The notes beneath the pieces are model-generated. The model was given only the letters and a program-made list of their open reading frames with translations. It was not told where the DNA came from and did not search any database. A stretch of 64,000 nt of DNA from Lingula anatina (taxonomy: Eukaryota; Animalia; Brachiopoda), in NCBI GenBank assembly GCA_051362555.1, contig CM120640.1, forward strand, positions 7,068,001-7,132,000. Reading direction: 5' to 3'. Shown here one piece after another: positions 54,101 to 64,000 of the stretch (the stretch's first letter is position 1; each line of letters begins with the position of its first letter). Both the position numbers and the translations under genes were made by a program.

Positions 54101-56288
54101 ATGAAAGGACGTTCTCTCATGTGACAACAGGTTTTTTCCAAACTCCTGATCTTTTCAAGCACATGATGGACTGTGCGCGTTCCTCTGACCATAACGACAC
54201 CTGCTTTCGCCCCGCTGTTTTTCACATAGTTGACATGAACTTGTTAACAAAACTTAGTTTGGCAAACAGGGCACGTGCCAATTTAACAAAAGTTTACGAG
54301 GCTTACATTAATGGGACCCCTCTTCTGACCTTTTTGCGGACCCCTGAGCGGCATTATGATATGACATATGTTTCGTTGTATTTGTTACATCATGATCTTA
54401 AGAACACTCATGAACATTTTGAATACATAATGAGATACTTAGGATTATATATACAATCACTGCACAATTTGCGTCTCGTAGCAAAGCAAATATTTGAAAA
54501 TGGAACCCACAATGAGACTTTGTATCAAACTAGTATCGATACTTTTATTTCAATGAGTAAGAAATTTCTTTATCAGAAGTACATGATTTATGATCGAATT
54601 GTTGCTAAACCAAAGGAAATGTTGGAAAACATAGTGCAAACATTTAATGCATATAACGAAACTTTGCATACAACAATGGCTAACGTCCTATGGCCAATAG
54701 ACCAGCTCTTACAAGATATGAGTTCTCTGCGAAAGACAGCCGTCAAAACTTTGCGACAATCCATCGACAAAGCGCAACATTACACCAAACACGACAACAT
54801 TACTAAGACAGAAGTGGCCGTGTCGTTTACCTCGCCAGCTGTCGAAGAAGAATTACTGAATATGCAACGATTCTTCGGGGCCGCGCGGTCTAGAGGCAGA
54901 GAATTGCTTGACAGCCTCCATCAATATCAATTTGCGCACACTGCAATGTGGCAGAACATGATGGATGAAGTTATTCTGGATAATTTTTATCAGAAGATAC
55001 ACCAAGATGTTCGTGATATTTTTTCAAACACTTCAGATAGTGCTTATCTGCTCGACATTGTCCGGAGAATGCTACACTACCCACGGGGTTCGTTAGACAA
55101 TATCTCCATGCCGGAGCTTCAAGTTCTAACGAATGCAGATTTTGCAGAAATAGACATGCAGAACAAATCAGCAGAAATTGACATAAAACTTGGGAGACTA
55201 ATACAACAAGCTGACCTTGACATGTCACTTGGCAATAAAGATGAACTTTTCCTATCTGCTTTTTTCCATCGTCAAGAGCAACTGGGTTCCTTTAAGAGGA
55301 AGAACATGATTGAAGCAACTTTCTTTATGTGAGTAAGTTAGGTAAACGGATTTAACGCTTAAAAACCATTAATAACCACACGTTAAGAAACCATTCAATA
55401 TAATTCGAACTCGGCCTTGGGCTCACTATAGATAAGACCTACTATCCAAAGAAAGAGAACCTAAGCTGTCACTCGGGTTTGATGTCCACCAAACGAAGTC
55501 CGCAGAGCCCGTTAGTGACTTCTAGTTAAATCCAGTTTTTTCGTGCTTTCATTTGAAGAAATCATTATAATGTACTTGAAAGCTTATGTAATCATCCCTT
55601 TTCGTTCCAGGGAAAATTTTCTTCAGCTTGATGTTTTTCTGAAAGAGTTAAGCTACGAGGAGATCAAGCAGCAAATAGCTTATGACACTAACAGCTTGTG
55701 GAGTAAGTTATTTAATAGCGTTTGCAGTGACGAGAGCGCTCTCTTTAACCTTGCCGGATATTTAAAACACTGATGAGTTCAGTTGACACGCAAACATCTT
55801 TTTAATTTCCTTGATTTTTTTTAGTTGACGGCGTATTATGAAACTACAATTTAGATATTAGGTTTCATTTCATGAAGGGCAAAATTAACAGTCAATGGCC
55901 TGTTGCTCGGCTGAACGTCGCTGAAAGCGTGTTTGGTGATAGTTGCTAAATCGACCGCTTGAGCTGAATTTTCATTGCTAAACATTATGGCTTGCATAAA
56001 TATAAGAAAATAATTTGCTATAACAGACGTCAACGGTAGAAATCCCTTAAAACGTCAATATTCTAAGAAACATATGTTTATGGTAGATATCTATGCGTCA
56101 ATTGTTTAACCATTGTAATACATTTTAGTAACTTAATACAACGTTTCTTTCTTTTGTTTTCAGGTGACATCGGTGGATCCTTAGGACTATTTGTTGGGGC
56201 CAGCTTAATAACTTTGCTTGAATTTGTGGACGTTATCATTCATACGCTATTGCTGAAAAGAAGGATAAGAAACAAGAAGAGACACTAA
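48136..56288 (+). CDS. DEG/ENaC (ASIC-like) sodium channel subunit with ~500-aa extracellular insertion, copy 2 (967 aa, 10 coding exons)
   Basis: Exons 48136-48344, 50232-50399, 51141-51293, 51514-51632, 52099-52280, 53003-53159, 53432-53488, 53687-55328, 55611-55702, 56164-56288 all match copy 1 in length. HG, FPAVTICN and GAS motifs are intact. The exon 3 donor is GC. Confidence 0.92.
50985..51114. mobile_element. Small MITE-like insertion in intron 2 of channel copy 2
   Basis: Inverted repeat tctaccagggccgc / gcggccctggtaga. Absent at the homologous site of copy 1 (~14280-14300). Confidence 0.65.
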
Positions 56289-58840
56289 AGATTCATAAAT
56301 GTTTTTCTAATAGTATACATATGCCGGTCGTGTATAAATATGTGAACATTGTAGAGCCACTTTATATTATGCATGTTGCATACCAGTGTCTGGTAAAAAT
56401 AAGTTTTTCAATTGGAAGAAATAGCCCGTTTGCAAATAGTAAGAAGAAGAAAGAGAAGACGATTAAACCAACTTAAAGACCTGCTTGGCTAGGCTTCAGG
56501 TAAAATTCAAACCCACATGACATATATATATAAAAATGACTCCATTTTTTAAATGGGAAAATTATCAGTTTTTTAGATACATAGTTTTAGAATCATTAAA
56601 ATATATTTCTGTGTTGCTTTGTTGTGTTTTTACTGTACATAATATAATTATAAGGTAGCCTGCTTTTCAGTTTTGTTGCTAACACTCAATAGGAATGTTC
56701 CGATTTTAAGAATTTATGACTTACAAAAATACAGTATCTGTAAAATTCACATTTTTTCCCGTACAGTTTAACGCGACTAACGCTTCTAGGATATTTTTGA
56801 ATTATCCAAAATATTTGCTGTAATCAGTCAATTAAGTTATAATTTACAAACAATCTTGCATCCATTTCATTTGCCATACTGAAAGCGGTCACTCTGGGGA
56901 TGGGATGTACCATGTGATATAGTTTGACTAAAAAACTTTTTTTACTTGCTGGTTGGCTTTGCTTAGCCTCAGAGGCATGTTCATTTCGAAAATTGGCAGG
57001 ATCGAATTTTTATTATTATTTTTTTTACAAAAGTTGGTGTTTACAGGAATGTGCCTGGTAACGTTAAAATAGGGAGTCTTTTTCATTAAGTTGCTATATG
57101 TTTGCAACCTTGCTGTCTGGTTGAATTTTTAATGACAGGTTTTATATCAGCATTTCTGTACGTGCAAAATACCAGCTAGAGTGTATGCATGTTACAATGT
57201 AATATTTAAAGGGTTTTCTTCACAAATTATGAATACATGTCTCATTACAAGGAGAAGTAATATTGTCATCCTTGTATATTGGAAAAGTTGACGTTTTCAA
57301 GATAAATAGCATGTTTGTATTGAAAATCATGAAAAAAAAAAAAAAAGATAAGAAAATGTCATGTTTGCCAGTTTTTCATATTTGTTGGAATTAATATTGT
57401 CAAGTTAAAACAGTTTTAGATATCTTTACGACAGGTTTAATATCAGCATTTCTGCATGTGCAAATTATTAGTATGTATACATTTAACATTATAGGCATTG
57501 CATAATAGAGGATTTCACTCACTGCTTTCATAGGAATGCATTAATTATTAATAATACAACATATACTAGTAAACTAGAACAAGTTACAGCATAAAAAGCA
57601 ATATCCGGGGAAAATGTTTTATCTCACTTTTATTTATATAAACAAATGTACAACTTTTAATTAAATAATCTGAATACAATATCTAGCCTTTTGAGTTTTT
57701 CTTCATCAATTGCAAATCCTTCTTTCAAAATGACTCACATGGAATGTACTTGAAAACGCAACTAAACTCATAAAAATATATAATCTGACCAACAAAGTAT
57801 CACATTTTCTAAATGCTGAGACAATTAAACTGCTCACCTTCCCAGATTTTTTGTAAGTTTCAGTCCTCTACTGACAAATCTTTTAATGGTTGATGTATTT
57901 CCGCATTAATGCTACTGCTTTTGTAACAATATGTTCTCTGCCTTATTGGCACTTTGCTTTTGTTTCTAGTATTAATACATACCTAAAATTAAATTATTCC
58001 TAATATACTTTTAAATTTTGCGACGATGTTTTTGATGAATGGAGGGTAGATTTTCTAGCAAAAATAACAACAGAAAAGATAAAGGAGATCAGTTGCCAAA
58101 AAGTGTTAAAATACATTAGGTTTCAAGCAATTCAGCAGCATGTAATCAATGATAATCAATTCACATCTGACATTCATTTAAAAAAAGTAATAAATAAATA
58201 AATAAAAAAAATTAGAAAAATTAATTAAACAGACTTAAAGTTTAATTTCTGTTATCAAAAGTGAGAAATTTATACCTACTGCTCTTGACAGGTTTTTTAA
58301 TGAAAACAAATACAATAAAACATTTACTTAAGTTTGTAAATGACCATCACTGGTTTTTTTGCTTAAAGGAAATTGCACCAATCATTTAATAATAAGAAAA
58401 AGCAAAATATCCTACTGAACAACTGAAATGTTACTTTTGTAACTGACTATAACAACATAATTTGTTGTGAACAAAAACTTGGATGTTTATAATTACGGAT
58501 TTAAATTAAGATATTGTGATTACATATGTTGATATTTGTTGCAATATTTAATTATTCACTTTTCATGTAAACAAGAAGTGGCATAGACGGTCAACATAGC
58601 GAACATTAAAAGCTGCATAAATGATTTTTCCATTATTATAAAGCTTTCGTCTAATATAACCAAAATTATTAAAATTCTCTGTTAATGGAGTTGAATTACT
58701 ATTGTACTAGATATACTAGTTTGATACAATCAGATATCATTAATTTCTTCTCTTGTACTGTTTAACCACTGGCAATATAAATTATGCAACTGAGAGTCAA
58801 GCCCAGTGAACCAAAATTACCTACCTATCATCAACTGGGA

Positions 58841-61800
58841 TTATGACTTAAATATCCTTACAGCTCTCACAACATACTGTCTACATATGGGGCACTCTGA
58901 CATCCGTTTGCCACAGTTAGTACAAGTCACTGAATGTCCACACTCCAGTAACACACAGTCCACTGTATGGTCCATGCAAATCTTGCACAGTGAGTCTTCA
59001 GGATTGCTTTCCATCCTAGTAGTGCTGGGTTTGTTGCCTGGAAGAAAAGATGTTCAATACCAATGCATTTCCAAGTTCCAAACTGGGCAAAAACCATTTT
59101 TTTAAATCTGGGGAATTAAGAATATTTACCTACACATCTAAACACCACATATTATAATGGCTATGAGCCATAAAATATTAATGTTGTGCTTTTTTTAACT
59201 TCCAACATAAATCTTGTCAAAATGTCTTTTATTTCTTACTTGTATATAGAAAATTTCAAATTAATGTAAGTCTTTACTGATTTCAAAAGGATCTCATGTA
59301 CTTCTAAATGCATAAACTTGTACAGGTACCTTGTTTCTCAGCCAGGCTGTGTATTTCTTCAGCTATTGAAAAATGAAACAAAATGTTGAAGAAATCAAAA
59401 TAAAAACATAAATATTAAAATCAATCTAAGTTTGAAAAATTTCAGTGCTTAATGTGATAAAACCTAGTGCACTAATGGAGTAAATGTGAAAACTGATACA
59501 ACAGTAACACAGGACTAGATTTGTGAACTCTCTCCTTTTCACTAGTCTCATGCAGAGAAAGAATTACTGACCTATGATCTCCACAAGTGTTGTCATATAA
59601 AAATACAGTGTGCATCAAATTAGGTACAAGAAAATCCTTACCTTTTCGTTGATTTTCTCTATATAATAAGACAATGAAAATACTTACCTTTTTTCTGATT
59701 TTCTTTATGTGACTGCCAAAGCCTCTTGGCCTTGTCCACCAACTCCCACTTCTCCACACAACCTTTATAATCCACAAAGTTGGCTGCCAGTAGTTCCTTG
59801 AGTTGCCGTGGAGACAAGGTGTCAATCTGCTCAATGTCATCTATGGCACTAAGTCTCATCCTTACATGTGGAGCTCTAGGGTCTGGTTCCTCCTGAATGA
59901 ATGAATCAAAATGTAAATAGATCTACAAGTAATATTGTAACTAAAACAAACAGCACTGATCTATCACAAATGTATTTTTTTAGGTTGTCATGCTTAAAAA
60001 AATTCATAATAAAATAATTTATTGTTATATACCTAACAGTAGTAGTAATAAAATGCAGATTTCATGGTATAAGTCAATTTCAGATAATTACAAACTAATA
60101 TTGTTGGAGGCAGTGTATGAGAGAAACTCAGTGACCTCATTATGTGCATTTTTCTTACATCACTGTCCATGAACCAATCATTCCCAATTCTCTCTTCAAG
60201 ATTTCTTCTTTCTTGCTCCTGCCTCCTCCTCAGTCTCTCATTTCTCTCCTCATCCGACTCCTGGTGGTTCAATTGTGTTGGAGGAGATTGCTCAGAATGT
60301 GTTGGTTGAGCTGGGGTTGGTTCTGGTGGTGGTACTGTGGAATGTGTGTCACTGTGCTCAATGTGTTCACTGCTGCTCTCATCAGATGATGGCACAGACT
60401 CCCTGTCATCTTGTACTTCATTTTGTAGTCTATGTTCCTGGCCACAACAAAATTAACAAATCTATAAATAAATTATTAAATAAAGAACAAAAAAAAAAAA
60501 AAAAAAAACAGCTGCCCCTCCCCCATGACAATCTCAATCTGCCAGTGTAAATAATGCAACAATTCAAACCTGGGATTGCATGCAGAAATAGGCAGTGTAT
60601 TAGGAGATAAATCTTATTCAATTTCATGCAAAGACATCTGCTTTTACAAACCTAAACACTTACTTTTAACACTTCTAAATGTCTTCGGTGTTCCTCTTGT
60701 TCCTCCAAGTATGACTGGTTGCCAGAGTGCCTCAGTATAAGCTCCACTAAATCATTCTTCTCCGTGCATCTTTGGTATTGTATCACATGTTTGTTAAGGT
60801 ACACTTTTAAGTCTTTCAGTCTGAGATCCATCAGTGTCTGTCTGTCAAACTGCTTGGAGGCAAACATCTGACAAAGTTGACATCTACGCTTGTTAAAAGT
60901 TACTCTAGTGAGACATGCTGAGCAGTGGTAGTTACCGCAGTCTAGGCAAATTCTCTGAAATAGTAAAACTGAAATTTCTAAACAGCTCAGAGTTTTTTTT
61001 TTGTGTAGATTGTTCAAATATGAATAATCTGAAGATAAAACACATCTATAGCGTATATAACCAATATGCCCTTGCAGGAGCCACTTCCTAATGCCCCTAT
61101 TTCACACAGACCACGAATACCACGAATTGCCAGGAATTGACAAATTTCAGGATTCGTAAGGATTCGTGAGATTTTGCAAATTTTCTGGCCTAATTTGATA
61201 CACTCTACGATTCAGTTACGATACAGGTGCGATAGTGTTATGAATATTTGTGGGATTCAGCTGGAATCGCACGAATATTGTCAAAAAAAGCACTACGATT
61301 TTTTGGAATCGTGACTTCATGGCCAAAATTTTGAACTGCTCAAAATTTTTGCCACGAATTCCCGATTGATCAAGAATTGCAAGAACTGACTGCGATTATA
61401 TACGAATCTGTTAAGAACTTCACGAACTGATTACGATTCAACCACGAATCCTGAAATTTGTCAATTCCTGGTGATTGGTGGGATGTGTTGTCTGTGTGAA
61501 ATAGGGGCATAAAAGAACTTTAGTCCAGTCTAAATGTTAAGACCAAAACTGTAGTTCTTTTTCACTATCTAATGCTAACTCAGTGGTATTAAACCAAATG
61601 AGATACCATGCCTGTTTTATAACAAGAAAGAAGTGGTTTTTGGATCAATGATTTTATTCTATTTAGTGAACTACTGTACATTGTTAAAACCAGCTAGGCC
61701 AGGCATATATTTCTCCACTCAGCCCTCTACCATTTCCAGTGAGTGGCCTCTCAAACTCAAGGTGGGCGTACATGTGTATCAACATGCTTCAATTAAATAA

Positions 61801-62022
61801 ATTTAGTAGATTCATCCGAATGATGTCACAAATTTCAGTGTAAGATCTGAAAATCTCTATCAACAAATTTCAATATATCTGGCTTACCTTTCTCTTCAGA
61901 AGACCAAACACAGCACCACATTTTTCACATGACATTATTGCAAGCTGGCTACTGCTGTCAACCTTATTTTGACCTTGACTCTGAGGTTGGCCTTGTGCTC
62001 CCCTCACTGCACCCGCCCCCAT
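58841..62022 (-). CDS. RNF34: E3 ubiquitin ligase RNF34/RFFL (CARP) family: FYVE-like finger, SAP-like repeats, C-terminal RING
   Basis: Exons 62022-61888, 60954-60664, 60437-60159, 59892-59688, 59362-59330 (33 nt), 59037-58841. Motifs: [37 protein letters not shown], and RING CKICMD...[34 protein letters not shown]. Confidence 0.92.
61092..61509. mobile_element. PIF/Harbinger-like MITE in RNF34 intron
   Basis: TIR tgcccctatttcacacagac / gtctgtgtgaaataggggca with an extended subterminal IR (ccaggaattgacaaatttcaggattcgt). TAA duplicated at 61089-91 and 61510-12. Confidence 0.85.
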
Positions 62023-62719
62023 TAGAGGCTTTTTCTTAATCCTGTTTTGTGATGTATGTATGTACCCTAGTTAGGTTGAAAACAGATTTCAACTGCCTGA
62101 AATACAACGCATTAAACCAATTAAGATCATTAAAAATGAAAGTAGAGGAGCTAAAAAGGGACATAATGTGAAACTGAATAAATATTTTACATGAGACAGG
62201 ATAGAAAAAAAATGAAATTTGTGAATATTTCACTTGTTGCCTACCCAAACTAGAATGGTTGATTTTTAAGGCAAATACAAATCATAATATTTTGCATTTA
62301 AAATTCTAATGTTGAAAAATTGCAATTCCATTTCTACTACTACTGCTATAACTTCTACTTGTATCAGAATAATTTCAGTGGCAAATAAGAGTTGTACAAA
62401 AGTACTATAGGTTAATGCAACCAATTTTCTTTTGAGCACAGTTTTGACTTTATGGCTTGTAACTTTAAAATGCATCAATAGACCTTTTTGGTATGCCAGG
62501 TGTCGCTTTTTAGTGACAACTTTTCCCATTTGGGGCCCTACCTGACAGGGCAGCAGGCAAGCTAGTCATAACATTTAGAGATGAGAAGTGAAGAGAAAGA
62601 ACATGATCTAATGAAATAAATGGTGCAAGAACTAAAAACAATTCTGAAAAATATGGGAAAAATTTAAGTGGGAAAAAAGAACAGTTGATTGCAAGAATTA
62701 ATACCATACGTGACTAAGA

Positions 62720-63167
62720 ACTGCATACTTCACATGATTGCATTACTGATGAAAAATTGACAGACTTTCAGTGGAGTGCTGATTTGGGAGATGTTCCACC
62801 AGTGACAGAGGACACTGTTACTGGTTATTTTTTAATACTCTGGACTGCGGTAAGAAAAACAACAATTTCCACTTAATTAACGGGGGCAGATTGAGCCCAT
62901 CTTCTGGGTCTTCAGGAAGACGGTCAGATATTCAAGTTTACACTGACGGGTATCTATTTTTTCTGTCGGAAGATGGTCAAAATGGAGAACGGAAAAACAA
63001 AGATATTTTGGAAGACTTGTCAGAAAATAGCTCTGAATCCACCCCTGATTAAAGCCAATAGCATTTTGCTGTCAGGTCATGTAAGTGACTTGATGGCTAG
63101 GAAAGGGACTGTAGACACCATGATTGTATGCTTGGGAAAAGTAAAAGCTACCATGAAGGAAAAACAT
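62720..63167 (+). pseudogene. Possible decayed transposon ORF fragment
   Basis: A higher-GC, coding-like stretch. The peptide LIKANSILLSGHVSDL...CLGKVKATMKEK resembles, from memory, the region preceding SWIM fingers in ISL2EU/YqaJ-type transposon ORFs. It is cut off by the adjacent MITE. Confidence 0.3.
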
Positions 63168-63572
63168 GGTATCTTGTGATCACGGTCTGTGCCCTGGATA
63201 CCCTGCGGCGTATTTACTGGCAGCGCGAGCGAGTTACTTCCAAAGCTGTAATTAATTCTCGGGTGCGCTCGGAGGAGATTCTAATACCTTGACGCATCGC
63301 TTGCCATCGGATCATGACGGTTGCATTCATATCTGTGTGTGTATAGCTTCTTCATCTTCTTCATCTTGTTGTTGCACAAAATTGACAAACACATTTTTCA
63401 AAGCAACCGCGACTACCATTTACTTTCTAACTTCCTTCTGCTCATGCATCAAGGTATCAGAATCTCCTCCAAGCCCAGCCGAGAATTAATTACAGCTTTG
63501 GAAGTAACTTGCTTGCGCTGCCAGTAATTATGCCGCGGGTATCCAGGGCATAGACCGTGATCACAAGATACC
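63168..63572. mobile_element. 405-bp MITE with ~95-bp terminal inverted repeats
   Basis: ggtatcttgtgatcacggtctgtgccctggataccc...ccaaagctgtaattaattctcgg is mirrored at 63479-63572. TSD not resolved. Confidence 0.8.
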
Positions 63573-64000
63573 GAAAATAGATTTTCAGATTTTTAGAAAA
63601 TAAATTTTCCATGTGAATGGAGCCTTTGATCAGTGGCTTTGCTATTCAAATATATGCTCACCATGAAATGCTCTCATTACATATGTTATCTGGATGGGTT
63701 TGAACCTTGTAAAAACATGAAAAAATATATTGCATAAGTGCCAATATCTTTCATGCATAAACACATCTTAGATATATAAAAAACACAAATCAAATGCTAC
63801 ATGTATACTGCAATCTCGACGACTAGAATCTGAATAGGTTAATGTCGCTGGGCCTGTTCGGCGTAGACGCGACGACGGTTAGTGTTAGTTACACAAGACA
63901 ACATTACGAATAAATATAGAGCCAGAAAACAATAGAAAATTAATGTAAAATAATTCAGTTCACATCTTGAATGGACGAAGTTGCAATTATCTTTAACGTG

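Noticed and set aside
55320-55335. Stop codon after ...ATFFM, suggesting a truncated or secreted protein
   Set aside because: The TGA lies within the splice donor AT|gtgagt. Splicing to 55611 restores MENFLQLDVF and TM2, and copy 1 behaves the same way.
44425-57410. Shared ~55-bp segment at ~44428 and ~57355 (aatgtcatgtttgccagt...ggaattaatatt)
   Set aside because: Short, AT-rich and without termini; most likely an old dispersed-repeat relic.

Overview
This is an AT-rich, intron-rich animal genomic window, probably from a marine invertebrate (lophotrochozoan-like; the taxon cannot be fixed from sequence alone). Six spliced genes can be built by hand: RAD51D (+); DEG/ENaC (ASIC-like) channel copy 1 (-); an XNDC1N-like XRCC1-N-terminal-domain protein with two C-terminal UBZ zinc fingers (-); a CYP4-clan cytochrome P450 (+); DEG/ENaC copy 2 (+); and an RNF34/RFFL-type E3 ligase (-). 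The most striking object is the inverted pair of 967-aa DEG/ENaC channels. Each carries an approximately 500-aa, glycosylation-site-rich, probably helical extracellular insertion where ASICs have a ~20-aa knuckle. The two copies are near-identical in several core exons despite diverged introns, while amino-acid differences cluster in the insert. Introns hold at least three families of Helentron-type non-autonomous (HINE/DINE-1-like) elements, two with 146-bp satellite arrays whose monomers carry perfect nuclear-receptor DR1 and ERR/SF-1 motifs, plus several MITEs. All exon coordinates were read manually and need transcript confirmation.
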